Assembly: GCA_001662655.1 (NCBI GenBank)
Contig: KV460224.1
Direction: 5' to 3' (one strand)
Length of the DNA: 64,000 nucleotides
DNA from: Pseudogymnoascus verrucosus
Taxonomy: Eukaryota
The notes beneath the pieces were generated by a model that was not told the origin of the DNA, made no database searches, and was given only the letters and a program-made list of their open reading frames with translations. The number at the start of each line of letters is the position of its first letter. Position 1 is the first letter of the stretch. The translations under genes were made by a program, and so were the position numbers. Positions 26,114 through 40,099 of this stretch are shown piece after piece.

Positions 26114-27167
26114 CTAAAAAAACATCATTGCTGGAGTCTCCGTCGGCGTCGGCTCCACAGGCGCCGCACCTCCCGCCCCATCACCACCCGGAACCGGGCT
26201 CCCCGACTTAAAGAACAAAAACTTAATCGCCACCGCCAGCGCAAAATGCAGGACAACCACCAGCACCAACAGCGCCTTGCCGACCTTGCGCTCCGTGGCT
26301 CCCAGCACGGGGTACAGGTTGCGCAGCAAGAAGGCGACGCTGAGTCCGAAGCCGACTCCGACGAAGACCCAGTTGAGGATGCTGATGCGTGACCAGGAGA
26401 TCAGGGCCACGGGGATCCAGATTAGGTTCGAGTAGCCGTAGAGGGCGACGCACTCGAGAAGCTGGGCGGTGTCGGCGCCGAAGTAGTGTAGGGCGCCCCA
26501 GAGAACGACGGGGATGACGGCGGTGTAGCCATAGATGAGTCCCGCGGCACCTGGAGGGTGTTAGTAATGATCTTTCCTTGCCTTTCATGTGAACTCAATG
26601 GGGGTAGTGGTAGAGGGGTATCATGTAAAGGGGCACATACCACTCAGCAGCTTGAAATCATAACGGAACCCATCCGAGCTCTTCCCTGTATCCGCTAGGT
26701 ACTGGCTCACAGTCCCGCCCACAAACAGAATAAACACAACCGTCGTAGCGATCCAGAACGGGCCGTATAGATCTGGGTTGCCATCAAGCACGTCGAGGAA
26801 GTTGGCGCGTGGGTATAGTGCTGCGCCGCAGCGGCTCAATACCGAGGAGGTATCGACATCGAAGAACTGGGAGTAGAAGCCGAGGGAGAGGAAGTGCTTC
26901 GTCGAGGAAGAGGAGGTAGCTGGTGGGGGGAGGCCGGCGGATGGCTTATTGCTGTTGTTGGGGGAGGTGAAGGTGGAGTTGTGGAAGGAGAGGTCTTCTT
27001 GGAGGTCTGTGTGGCCGAGATCACCCTGCGAGATGAAGTTAGCACATGTGGGATGTGAGTTGGTGATGAGGCCTAGGAGGTGGGATGGCGCAAAGGGGAG
27101 GGAGGGAGCTCACCTCGTCGTCCACGTCGACAACGACGTCGTATCCCGCGTTGTTGCTGCTCGACAT
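26114..27167 (-). CDS. Yip1-family Golgi membrane protein (Yip5/YIPF1-like)
   Basis: MSSSNNAGYDVVVDVDDE; FYSQFFDVDT; PDLYGPFWIATTVVF; hydrophobic C-terminus; two introns. Confidence 0.88.
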
Positions 27168-27530
27168 TTTATGTATCGTTCTTCCGTCCTCACCGCGTCG
27201 CTCTTAAATTCCAAATCACAGCCCGACTTATTTTTTTCCTTGCCTAGCCGTATGCGTTGTGTCTTCAATATCGATCGCGATATCAGATTCACATCAATAG
27301 ACTCGATGAACTGTTAGGCCAGCTTTCCCTGACGCTCAGGGCCGCGAATAAAGTGGTCCGTGCACTACAAGCTCCATTGGACATCACGAGGCTGAAAGGC
27401 TGTGGCTGAAATGTGGCTGACATAATCCGAGGTCCAGATATCACCACAAACGCCGTCATTAACCGCAACGAGAACATTCTCCCAATTCAAACACAACACT
27501 AGGAGACCATCCTCACAAAAACTAGAAGCC

Positions 27531-28177
27531 ATGAATACAGCAACGCCCCGTATTGCTTCCGCCATTGCGCGCGCCTCACGCTCTGCCGCAGCAAAGCAAT
27601 CTCCTTCCCAGCTTCGCCCTCTCGGGTCCCGTATCCAGAGCATCCGCATACCTACATCAATCCCGCAGTCGCGCCTCTTCAGCATCGCAGTAGCACGCCG
27701 CGACAGCTCAAAAACCGCACCAGCTCCCGGGACATCCTCTCCCGCCCCATCAAAAGCACCAAGCAAAATCTACAGCTTCGAGGAGGTACGTCCCACCCCT
27801 CCATCCACCCTCCCAAGACCCAAGCTAACCCCCTCCCTCAGGTCCGCACCCACGCCCAAAACCCAACCCCCACCTCCCCCATCCTCATCGACGTCCGCGA
27901 ACCCGGCGAGCTCCACACCACAGGCCGCATCCCCACCTCCGTCAACCTCCCCCTCTCCTCGTGCCCCGACGCCTTCTTCCTCCCCGCCGACGAGTTCGAG
28001 GAGCGCTTTGGCTTCGAGAAGCCGAGAGAAGGGAGGGGGGTGGTTTTTTACTGTAAGGCGGGTGTGAGGAGTCGCGCGGCGGCGGCGTTGGCGAGGGAGG
28101 GGGGGTGGGGGCCGGTGGGGGAGTTTCCGGGGAGTTGGTTGGAGTGGGAGGGGAGGGGGGGGGAGGTCGAGAGGTAA
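27531..28177 (+). CDS. Single-domain rhodanese (thiosulfate sulfurtransferase), probably mitochondrial
   Basis: Arg/Ser-rich presequence; intron 27787-27841; LIDVREPGEL..GRIP; active site FYCKAGVRS. Confidence 0.88.
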
Positions 28178-28451
28178 GTGTGTTTGGTGGCTAGATTGTC
28201 ATGGGTTGGAAATAGTTGGAGGAGAAAGTTAAATCAAGCTACATAGATCACAAATACATATATAATCTTCACCACCGTGTCCTCAACAAACCCGACATCC
28301 CACGAAAGTCAAAAGATAGCATCGTCATTTACTCCAACTTAAATTACCCAGTGTACGTATACATAACACCCCCGTCGCCGGCCCCATCCCATAACCCCAA
28401 CCGGTTCTACTTGCACGCCCTCCCTGACCAACCCAACCCGTTCATAGCACC

Positions 28452-29689
28452 TTACTCGTCAAACACCTCCTCCACACGCGGTGTAAGGTTTCGATTTACA
28501 GGTGTCGCCGTCGACATCTGCGGTGCGGACGACGAGGTAGTTGTGGCAGTGGCTGCAGGAGGTTGGCCGGGGACTTGTAGTGGTCTTGCCGAGGTGCCAG
28601 AGGAGGCGGCTTTGCTAGACTTCTTCTTGGACTTCTTCTTTTCCTATATAATTCGTTAGTATTATCATTCAAGTAATCAAGCTGAGGTAGGAGAACAAAC
28701 CTCTTGCCATCCCCACACAGGCCTGAAGCTGTCAAAGAATCCAACATCCTCGAAGAGGTTAGGGTACAGCCAGAGTCCCGGCGGCGCCACAAAGTACGTA
28801 AGACCGAAGAGAATAAGACGGAAGATGCTCATAGCGAAGAATAGACCAATCAACCCCAGCATACCCATACTGAGATACCACACCCCCAAGCGCATCTTCA
28901 TGGGCCAAAGCGGAAACATGACGATAGCAAACACAATCGCCAGCGCACCAGCAGCATACAGCTTCGTCATGACCTGCGACCCCTCATACAGCCACACAAA
29001 GTGCAGCTCCTCGCGACACTCCTGCTGCTGCTCGATCTTCACCGTCCACAGCCCCTTGACGCGCTTGCCCTTGGCAACTGGGCCGTGGTCGTGGCCCTCA
29101 TGCGGGTCAATCTTGGAGACGCGCAGGGCGAGGAGAGAGAGCGGGAGGAGCTTGAATACGTTTTCGAGGGAGGGGCGGTCGGTGATCGGGGGGAGGAGGG
29201 CGTTCTTGGCGCGAGCCTTCTCGTACGCTGGGCTCTGGAGGGCGCGAAGGGCGCGCTTGACTTGGGTGGTGTCAGTGGTGGTGGTCAGAGGGGAAGAGTG
29301 AGTGGGCGAATGAACGACTTACCCTTGAACATGTCCTTGCGCTGGCCATTCAGAATACACGTCCGCGGCTTCAAGTCCTGGCTCTTGAGGAAATTGGCGA
29401 CGGCGATAGCAGCTGGGTTAGGTGGGCCAGGAGTAATCGGCTGTGGTTGCCCTTGGGCGGGACGTTGACCTCCGCCTTGTTGCTGCTGCTGCTGCATCTG
29501 CTGCATCTGCTGCTGCTGCATGTGCTGTTGCCTCTCTTGCTGCTGCTTCTTGAGCATCTCTATGAACTCAGGGACAGAGACGCCCTGCTTCGCGGCGTCG
29601 GCGGCGAGCTGGCGCTGCATCATCTGGATCTGCTCTGGGGTCGGTTGTTGCCCCGGCTGCAATGGGGGAGGGCCGCCTGGACTCGCCAT
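28452..29689 (-). CDS. SEC62: ER translocation protein Sec62
   Basis: Q-rich N-terminus; LKPRTCILNGQRKDMFK; VMFPLWP..GVWYLS; LWLYPNLFEDVGFFDSFRPVWGW; two introns. Confidence 0.93.
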
Positions 29690-30165
29690 TTTGGATGTGC
29701 GGGGTTGTTGTGGAGCTATAGGAGAGAAAAAGACACTGAGGTATCTGTATGTACCTGTGTGGTGTTGTTATCCAGTGGTGTTGTCGTGAGCGTTTTGCCT
29801 GGTTGTGAGTTTGGATCGCGCTTCGGGCTACGTGTTGGACTTTATTTCAAATGAGAATCATCATATCTGTCACTAATCGTGGCTGGCGGGACATGCCGCA
29901 AGCGCAAGGCTGACAAGCCTCGTTGTCCTCAGGCGTCGCAATGCGCGAAAGCGACCATGTGAGAGATGAGTGAGCGTATGTCATCAGTTCCCCCATCTCG
30001 GCCAGCCAGCATAAATTGGCATCAACACAATCAATTGTTGGCGATTTATACAATGAGCTTCTTCTACTTCTAGTTGTTATATATTTTAAATACCTAATTT
30101 TTCTCCAAATCTGATGTCTCGTTCCCTTCTCATTTCAGGTGTCGGGTTGAGCGCGAACTATCCTA

Positions 30166-32059
30166 ATGTCGTCTGACGACTATGCGCCTGGAAACGATGC
30201 GCTCCTTTCTGTCGACGAGACGCGCGTTCAACTCTCTCAGAGAGATCTCTCTCTTTCGATTCCTATTAATTTTATGACCGTTCCGGGGGTATCCCTTACC
30301 GCGGCATGCTTTGGGGATCGAGTGATTGGTGAAGGCGAGCTGTCGCGATGTTTCTCAAATCTCTTGTCAGTAGGATTCCGTCGCTTTGAGCTGGACCTGT
30401 AAGTTTCCAATTGCTGCAGATAAGGGCCTTCACTGATTATGATTTAGGTATTGGGATGCTGGACGAAGTTTGTGGAGTTTCTGTCCTGTCGAAATGAAGC
30501 AAATGCCAGGAAACGACAACGGCAGCTCTTCCTTGTCGCAAAGTCGCACGACGCCTGCAACCACAACGAATCAAGGTAGCCTATCATTTCCAGCCGGTGT
30601 GGCAACTTCAATATCAGCACAAGGTACCAATGATGCTTTGCTTGTCTCGGGAACATCAGAAGGTTCATCCGGCCCTCCGGCGCCAACACCATCAAGTGAG
30701 CCGATGCACGCGGAGGGACCCTACACGTGCTCGCCCGCGGCGACTCTAGAGACGTTTGGACACCAATTGCACAGCTATCTTGTAGATACACAGAACACAC
30801 TGGCGGCTCAGATCTCATATTATGTGTTTAACATCCACGCCGCGGCATCACCGACGTCACCCGATTCCCCGGCGCAAGCTCCTACTAATCCCCCTGTTGG
30901 CGGGGAACTCATCGGGGGCATGCTGAGCAGCAATCTCACTTCATACATATACTCCCCAATTAATCTATCCAACAACCGAGCCAACCTGAACTCGTCGTGG
31001 TACACCGTCCCCGAACGCTACCGGCCCGTGTCGGACTACTATTCCATCGCAATAGACGACAACGGCGTTTGGTCCACCGACGATGGCTGGCCCTCGGAAT
31101 CCTTCATCGAGTTCTCCAGTCTCAAACGTGTTCTATTCCAATTCGGCACCATCGACCCCCAAATGCAAGGCGCCGACTACACCCCCGACACCTCCATCCT
31201 CTTCCCCCCAGGCTACATCACCCAACCCCAACCCGGCGTCTCGCTCAACTCCACCGACCGCCTCACCAGCGGCTGCTACCTGCACTCCCCGCCCGCGACT
31301 CCCTCCAACACCAACTCCTCCTGGGCAACCTACGCCCTCACCACCCCCCCCACAAACAGCACCCTCACCTCCCTAACCACCTGCGGCATCTCCCCCCACC
31401 TAAACACTACCCTCACGGCCCCCGCCTCCACCTGGCCCCTCCCCTACCGCTCCTTCGCCCTCTCAACCCACTGGTCCTGGGCCCCCTCCGAACCAACAAA
31501 CTACTCCATGAGCCTCTCCCCCGCCAACGCCGCCCTCATGCGCTGCGCTGTCGCCTCCCCATCCGGATCCTGGGCCGTAGCTTCATGCGCTGATAAATAC
31601 TTCATCGCCTGCCGCTCATCCCCGTTCAACTGGTCCATCTCTGACCACCCCGTCGCTTTCCCCTTCGCCGCTTCCGCTTGTCCACACGGCACTACGTTCG
31701 TGGCCCCGGCTTCGGCGCTGGAGAACGCGTATCTCGCGCAAGCGCAACAGGATACCCATCGCGATTACGACAGGCGGGGCGTGTTCGTCGCTTTCAACTC
31801 CGTGCAAGTCGACGGATGCTGGGTCATTGGTGACGCCGACGCAGAGTGTCCGTATGATCGCGTGACGCTCCTTTCGTTTGCGAGGGAGAGGGAGATCGTG
31901 GTACCGACTGTGGCGGCAGTTATTATTCTGGTGATCAGTGCATTGACGGTGTTTAGTAAGGTGGCGGGGAATAGGAGGGTGGGGAGGGGGAGGAGGGGGA
32001 GGGATAAGTGGGGGAGGGCAGCGGCGAATGGGTTTGTTTATGAAGGGGTGCCTTTGTAG
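30166..32059 (+). CDS. Mtc6-like membrane protein (PLC-like N-terminal region, lectin-like domain, C-terminal TM helix)
   Basis: LSQRDLSLSIPINF..GFRRFELDLYWD (intron 30399-30447); GWPSESFIE; WSWAPSEP; C-terminal VVPTVAAVIILVI..YEGVPL. Confidence 0.75.
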
Positions 32060-33441
32060 TGTGTATGAGAAGGGGGTGTTTTTGTTTTAAAGGGGGACTT
32101 TTGCTTTTAGGGGGAATGGGGGAAGGCGTTCAGGTGGTGAGACCGGGTATGATCTTTGCATTTTACAGCTGGGATGGATCTTTTGATTGCAGTTGAGAGG
32201 GAAAGATGGAGCCAGGACCAGGGAGCAAGGAAAGGAGAGAAACAGGAGATGCCACACGTGATCCTGCCAACAGTCATCATGTGACATCTCCCTCGGATTT
32301 CTCGGCGTCGACGGTCCAGCCATCCGTGGTTCACAGCCAGTGGTTCACAGTAATACACAGTACAACAAATGTGACAAAGTACCTCCACACCCACTGTCGT
32401 ACGAGCGAGTACAACAGCGCCACAGCCACAACGGCAACTTTCGTATTCGGATCGGATCCTCAGTGTAGGCTGGTGATTGGTGGCGGTCCCTTGCATTGCT
32501 TATTTTGCATCTCACGAGCATCTTGCGGGAGCGTCTGGCTTGCATTAGGGGCGGTGTGTATCACTCACTTACTGGAAGCTGGAAGTTAGAGTGCTGATGC
32601 AAGAACTTTCAACGCCGTCACCACGATAATGAGGAGGGGGATGAGGGAGAGTGGTGCACTAATTTGACGTAATTAGGGGGGGGATTATAGTAGTAGAATG
32701 GGGGGTTTTAGGGATGCATATCCTCATTTCCAGCGTACATAGCGCTACACTTCCACTAGAGATACCCTAGAGAGCCCTATTTCGGGGGCATACCGTTCGA
32801 TTCTATCACTTCTTGCTTGTAATCCGGATCGCGGATGTTGGTAAGCACCGAAATATGAAATGAAATGCCAATTTTTCTAAGAGAAATACCTGCTTACATA
32901 AGCCATTTCTCCAATTGCATGTACCCCACTTTACGGAGTTAGAGTAAACAACCACTCTCCGAAAATCAAATTTAATTAAATTTCACCCTATCCAGCCAAT
33001 TACAGCCCTTTATTTACACTCTTCGCCGCTGAAAAAGTAAACACTAACCCGTGAATCCATTAATTTGCATAATTTGCCTGTATTATTCAGTCAACCTAGC
33101 ACAAAAACTACACATTTAGGGGGTTTCTTTGGGGAAAAGAACCGCATCACAGGCAGTCCACTCACTACGCTCCTTCTCTCCCTATCCCTAATCTCTCTAT
33201 TTCTCCTAGATTACTAGTTGAACCACCCTCCCGGAGCTTCTTTATTACCTCCCTCCACTTCTCTGCGGCCCGGTGTACCCTGGTCCCCCTTTAACAGATT
33301 GGCGTCTCTCGCTACTCTACCTGACTTCTTCCTCCTCTCTTTCCTCCCCTTCCTCTTTTTATCCCCATACATATAAACGCGACAATCTCGCAGCTTCATT
33401 CTCTCACGCCGTGTCCGGAGAGATTGACTACAACCCTCGAT

Positions 33442-35271
33442 ATGGCGACCATCCAGGACATCAACAACGCGACTGCGTTCGCCTCCCCCGTCGCCGACGC
33501 CAGCTTCGCCTCGTTCGTCGAGAACCCCTTCGTCGACAACATCATCCAGACCCTCGGCGGCTTGTCAGCATGGCAGATCGCCTTGACCCTCTTCCTGGGC
33601 CTCGTCGTCTATGATCAGGGTACGCTTTTACCACCCACCCGCGAAGCAAGGGAGAACACATGGCTAACGAAATAACAGTCAGCTACATTTCCAAGAAGGG
33701 ATCCATTGTTGGCCCCGCTTTCAAGATCCCCTTCATGGGCCCCTTCCTCGAGTCCGTGAACCCCAAGTTCGAGCAGTACGCGGCCAAGTGGGCTTCCGGT
33801 GAGCTCAGCTGTGTCTCCGTCTTCCACAAGTAAGTCACAAGCAGCACCCTACAGACATCAATTGGCACGCGATCTAACAGCAACCCCCCAGGTTCGTCGT
33901 CATCGCCTCCACCCGCGACATGTCCCGCAAGATCTTCAACTCACCCCAGTACGCGAAGCCCTGCGTCGTTGACGCAGCCCACAAGCTCCTCGGCGCCGAC
34001 AACTGGGTCTTCCTCGACGGCAAGGCCCACGTCGACTTCCGCAAGGGCCTCAACGGCCTCTTCACCCGCTCCGCCCTCGACATCTATCTGCCCGGGCAAG
34101 AAGACGTCTACAACGAGTACTTCAAGAAGATGGTGCAAGTGACCGCCGACGCCGGCGGCAAGCCCGTCCCCTTCATGGCCAACTTCCGCGAGGTCACCTG
34201 CGCCGTCGCGCTCCGCACTTTCTGCGGAACCTACATCACGGACGAGGGCGTCAAGAAGATCGCCGACGACTACTTCCACATCACTGAAGCCCTCGAGCTC
34301 GTCAACTTCCCCATAATCATCCCCTTCACCCGCACCTGGTACGGCAAGCGCGCCGCCGACCTCGTCCTCATCGAGTTCTCCCGCTGCGCCGCCAAGTCCA
34401 AGGCCCGCATGGCCGCCGGCGCCCCCGCAAACTGCATCATGGACCAGTGGGTGAAGACCATCCTCGAATCCGCTGCCTACACCGACCGTCTCAACTCCGG
34501 CGCCTCCATGGAGGGAATCACCAAGCCCGCGCCCCTGCTCCGCATGTTCTCCGACTACGAAATCGCTCAGACAGTCTTCACCTTCCTCTTCGCATCCCAG
34601 GACGCCACTTCCAGCGCCGTCACCTACCTCTTCCAGACCATGGCCCAGCGCCCCGACGTCCTCGACCGTGTCCGCGCCGAGAACCTCCAAGTCCGCGGCG
34701 GCGACCGCGACAAGCGCGTCACGATGGACGATCTCGACGAAATGACCTACACCCGTGCCGTAGTCCGCGAACTCCTCCGCTATCGCCCCCCAGTCCTCAT
34801 GGTCCCCTACCTCGTTAAGAAAGCTTTCCCCATCACCCCCGAGTACACCGTCCCCAAGGGCGCAATGGTGATCCCGACCACCTACCCCTCTCTGCGTGAC
34901 CCAGAGGTCTACCCTAACCCCGACACCTTCGACCCAGAGCGCTGGATCTCGGGAGATGCGGAGACGAAGGGGGCGAAGAACTTCTTGGTCTTTGGCACGG
35001 GAGCGCATTATTGTTTGGGACAGGTTTATGTCCAGAGGAATTTGGCGCTGTTGGTGGGGAAGGCGAGTATGAGCCTGGATTGGGTGCATCATGCTACGCC
35101 GTTGTCGGAGGAGATCAAGGTTTTTGCTACGATTTTCCCCAAGGTAAGATTTGCTTCCACCCCCTTTTTTCTTGGGGGCTTTTTTCGATGCTGGGATGTG
35201 TATACTGACTATAACAGGATGATTGCCCGTTGACATTCACCGATCGCCCAGAGTCAGCGAATGAGTTGTAA
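33442..35271 (+). CDS. ERG5: Cytochrome P450 CYP61, sterol C-22 desaturase
   Basis: [38 protein letters not shown], heme motif [22 protein letters not shown]; three introns. Confidence 0.96.
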
Positions 35272-35558
35272 ACACAAACACGTCCTTTTGCGACGATTGT
35301 ACCTACCACCATACCTTCTCCGGACCCCGATCCGATAGTGTGTTCATCTGCACCACACTTTTTAAATCCCCCCGTCTCTTTACCTTGACGGGCGGGGGTG
35401 ATAGATGGATGGATAGAAGGAAGGACGGCGTTTTCTTTTAATTGTTATTTTTAATAGGGAAATGGGGGAAAAACTTCTAATTTTATGCTTAATAATGGGT
35501 GGTGGAAGAGAGACAAGATTGGGGGTGGATGGGGTGGATGGGGTGTTTTTTCGTCTTC

Positions 35559-35596
35559 NNNNNNNNNNNNNNNNNNNNNNNNNNNNNNNNNNNNNN
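35559..35596. other. Assembly gap
   Basis: Run of N. Confidence 1.
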
Positions 35597-36528
35597 GGGG
35601 AGGAGGTAGTAGATACATATATAGTGTGTGTTATCTGTGGTAGAGGGGGAGAAAAGAATTGATTGAGCTTACGCTTATGTTTACTATTTCTCGTCTATGT
35701 GTGCGTTAAATGTCTTGTTTGAATGGGAAAAATGAATAGCACAACTTCATACAATGGGTTGTATATCCAAATCATGCCTACTACGTTTACAGTGGAGGAG
35801 AATATCCCACGTAGCCACACTTCACATCACATCACACCAAGCATAGTACACACAAAAGTCATCGAAATCGAAGTGGTCTATTCCCACTCCCCTATCCTAT
35901 ACTATCTCGCTCTGCCGTCTATGGCGACACTCCTCAACACCCAGTATCCATCCTTCCACGCTGTCCAACCCCACAGGGCTAGATCATCTACCCACCACAC
36001 CATCACCACACCCCTCACACAGCCTCATCTCAACCCCACAGCAGGAGATAGTCCATACATAACCGCCATTACAGCCTCGTCTCAATCTCCCCACCGCCAT
36101 CCACCATGCACGCAACCCCCCCCCCCCCCCCCAAAAGCAGACAACCCAAAGCCAAACTCCTAAAACCCCCCCTCTTACCCAGAAAAAAACACAAACAAAT
36201 CCACCCCAACGATTCAACAGGAACAGCCTAACAGCAACAGCAAAAGCAAGTGAATGGAAAACAAAAATTATAATGTACACAAAACGTGGTACAGCTTCTC
36301 TCTCTTCTTCTCTCGTCCGCTGGAAGATGATGATCTGAAGTGAAGTGAAGTGAATAAAAAACGATGCCCAGCAAAGATTCTAGAGAACGCCGGTATGCAA
36401 TGGGAACATTAAATGGGGTGTTGGTGAGGGAGATCCCCTCGCATCCGGGTATCCAAGGCCGGCATTGTCATAAAACAGTCGTCTCGAAAAGTCAAAAAGA
36501 ACAAACCCGCTCCCACATCCGCCCACTC

Positions 36529-39500
36529 TCAAGGCGTCTTCCCTCTCTTTCGCTTCTCTATGCTACTCTCGCTATCAAAGATATCGCTCACCGCCGCCAC
36601 CGACCACGTCCCGCACGAGGAGTGTATGACGAACAGTCCAAACGTGGCGATGTTGACGAGGTGATGCAGCATATACACATACGTCACGCCGTAGACGGCG
36701 GCGTACATGGCGATGATGAAGAAGAAGGAGGGCATGGCGTAGCGGAGGCGGTTGGAGACGCGGGGGATCATCTTGCCGCTCGTGAGCGTCTCGACGAGGA
36801 GGATGAACGGCATGATGGAGAGGACGTTGTGGTGGGAGGAGAAGGGCGTGAGCCATTGCACGACGATGTTGTTGGCCCAGACAACGAGGATGGGGAGGTT
36901 GATGGCGGGGATGGTCCAGAGCATGAGGGTGAAGACTGAGTGGGCGTAGTTGTAGAAGTGGTGGTTTGCTGCTGATCGCGTGTCGCTAGCCAGTCGCCAT
37001 GCGCGGGTGCAGGTCGTAATCTGGACGAGGCAGGCCACCAAGTAGGCAAACTGGTAGGGGATGAATGTCGCCACCAGTATTAGTAGAATGCCAGTTATAA
37101 TGAGACGTCTTCGTGTCGACGAAGGATAAAATGCAGCCGAACTGGATAGCCTCTTGTCATTCTTCCCGAGCCAAGCTGGGCTTGTATGCACCAGCCCATA
37201 CACTATCGAGCAAGTCTGAATCAGGAGCAAGAATCCGTAGTTGATTATGATGCATATCCCGACAGAAATAACCCCCGTGAGCGGTACCAGGAACCAGAAA
37301 AATGGATCTCGAGACCCCAAAAGGAGCTCGTTCTGCTTGAAATCCACAAGCGGCGATGTTACATTCCCATTCCAACTCCATGGACTCGAGTTCGCTGAGA
37401 CTGGTGAGGCCGAGCTCGATGAGAGAACCCACGACACAATCGTGAGACACAACATAACCAGCGGTATGGTGCGGCGGAGACAAGCGTCCATGCCCTCAGT
37501 AAACGAGACGAAAATTCCGGTGTCGTTATATATCGAAAGCTGCTTTCCAATAACCAGACAAACGATAAGCAGGGGAAATGCAGCAATGATGGTCCTGTAG
37601 CGCATGTACAGTTTCCCGAAACTCCCAAAAACGTCCACGGTGAGAGATACGTCGACTGATGACCCACAGGTAGGGTCTGTCCATATCTGCAGGCTGATGC
37701 CTTCGTGACCTTGGCGCGGCTCAAGCGGAGGAGGCATGAATGGGGCAACACCGTGCAGGTTGATGCTCGCCTGCTTGACGTTGACAAAGTATTTCGATTC
37801 GTATGGCTTTGACAGGTACTGGCGTACCAACGGCGTGAACAGCTGGCCTTCATCTCCGCAAGCTTGATTGCCCACGTTCAAGTTGTATGAAAGGAGACTC
37901 GAGTGTAAAGCAGGGATATTTACTTCCATGACCATAGGACGTTTATCCGGTAGTTTTGTCTTCATTCCGAAAGCCAGGAGCTTTTTGAGACTCAGAGACC
38001 CCACTCGTTTTGATACCTCATTGTCGCTGAACTCCGCAACAACCCAGCCTGGGCTTGGCTCTGTAGCCTTGTCGACAATCGCAACGAATTGATGATCCGC
38101 AATATCAGCCAGCTCATATTGTAGATACGAAAATGGGGTAACCGGTTCGTCATCCTGGCCGATGAATGGATGCTTCGACTCCCGTGTGGAAGCAGGAAGC
38201 TGGATAACATCGGCTGCAGCATTCTTGCACGCAAGTCTCGCCGACCCCGGCTTATCACCAGAGAGGTCGATGTTCATAGAGAGCAGAGTAGCCGACTGTC
38301 CAGCCTTCAGGGGGAATACACTGCAAAACAGCACCTCTAGCTTCCCGTGTCCTCCATCCTCATCAGGCTTCTGGTCAGAGAGCAGAGTGAATCTCGTCCC
38401 GGGTAAGTTGGTTGGTATTGGCAGCAGATAGGCCTGAGGTTTACGCGACTGCCCGAACTTCCTCAGCGTCAAACTCTTCCCCTGCTGCAGTATTGAGTTC
38501 GAGCCGTCCTCGAGTGTCAGCAGAGTGCTCGGTTCCTTCCGCGGCAGCGTCCTCTCAGCAAATGGTTCCATTCCTGTTAAAAGACGTTTCTTGAACAAGC
38601 GCATCCTCTCCGCCCTGGGTTTCGTCTGAGCTGCTCGGTTGACATCCACCACATCATATAGCGATTTTATCACAACCTTTCGGAATTGGTCGCACCATAG
38701 GATGGCCTGGTGGTCCATGCCCGTCCAGACTGTCGGGACAGTGGTGGTGAACACTGTAAACCCATGAGTCTCTGGGACAAGCGACTCCAGACTTGCGTAA
38801 TCCGAGGGCACCATCGTATCTAGTCCTCCACCGGCAATAGAAATTAATGTAACATGCCACAGCGGGTTGTTGTTTGCCCACTGCTGAGAGTATGCCTCAC
38901 GCCAATAGCGGTTGACATTTTCGTATATCTCCACAATCTGCGAATCAAACGACACAGGCGGGCGCGCATGGGGTGCCGACATTGTTATTATGGTATTAAT
39001 GGAATTTGATTGGTAGTTCGGCATTACCAGCATCGTCCGCGCGACAATCCCGCCCATAGAGTGTCCCAGTATTATGACTGACGTCGGGTCTGGGAGGTCA
39101 GGGTCTCGTTGGGATTGTCGCGGATCGTGGTATAGGGAAAGAATATATGCCACAGCTTCGTTCAAGTATTCGGCTTGGTCGAGGATGGCCTGGCCATGAA
39201 ACGCTGTGAACTCTTCGTTGAAGTCGACTGTGAAGAAGTCGAGATTCCTCGTTCCAGCCTTAAGGACGGCCTCGTCGTGTCGGAGGACATCGTGGAAATA
39301 GTTCGCAGCTTCTGCAGCAATTGGTCGGACCTGCTTATAGCTTCCTGCGTTTCCTGGTATGAAAAGGATTGGGACTCCCTTGACCTGTTGGGCATTAGTA
39401 TGATCTCATAAGGAGCAACAATCGCATTACCTTTGTGTCCTCATCTACCGTCGCTTCACGGTATAGATATACAGAATATTTGCTGGCAAAGCGCGTGTGC

Positions 39501-40099
39501 TCCGTGTCAAAGTCCTTTAGTTTGGCAAACGCTGGCCTCATGTATGACATTCGGCACCCCTTGCTGTCCAATTGTCGCGTTGTGAAGGAGTAGAAGATCA
39601 TGAACATCGACAGGATCGCAAGCAGCGTTACAGCGAAGGTAGTCGGCGAATTTGACCAGGGACTCCGAAACTTCGTCCGTCTTGCTACGAAATGGGGTGG
39701 CATCTTGCCGTCGTTGATTACCTCAGTGGGAGGCACAGCGACGAGGCCTGATTTCGCAGACCCGTTCTTGGTCACAGACCCATTCCGTGTCTCCCCAGGC
39801 TTCCAGATAGTATTGCTCGGCCTTCGACTCCTCGCGGTATCAGGGACATCTATACTGTTCCGCGACTCAAACGATCTTCGTATGTGCTGGTTGACCCCGA
39901 GCCGTGAGGGCGCATCCAGAGTTTCGCTATTGTCCCGTCGCGAAGGGGGGCGAAAGCCATTGCCACTACCGTTCACCTCCGTACCTTCCCAAGTCGAAGT
40001 TATAATATTGTCAGGAGCGACTGGGGCCGCTAGGGTCGAAGGATCCGAGTCGTCATCGCCGTCGTCCTCTGCGGCCGATGCAGGAGATCGTGGCCGCAT
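36529..40099 (-). CDS. BST1: GPI inositol deacylase (PGAP1 family)
   Basis: CRMSYMRP..ASKYSVYLYRE; intron ~39385-39430; IPGNAGSYKQVR; GHSMGG nucleophile; DHQAILWC; multi-TM C-terminus. Confidence 0.95.

Noticed and set aside
29478..29547. CTG/CAG repeat tract
   Set aside because: Ordinary poly-Gln in the Sec62 N-terminus.
33941..35236. 431-aa antisense ORF over ERG5
   Set aside because: Shadow ORF caused by the strong C-ending codon bias of the sense gene; no recognisable motifs.
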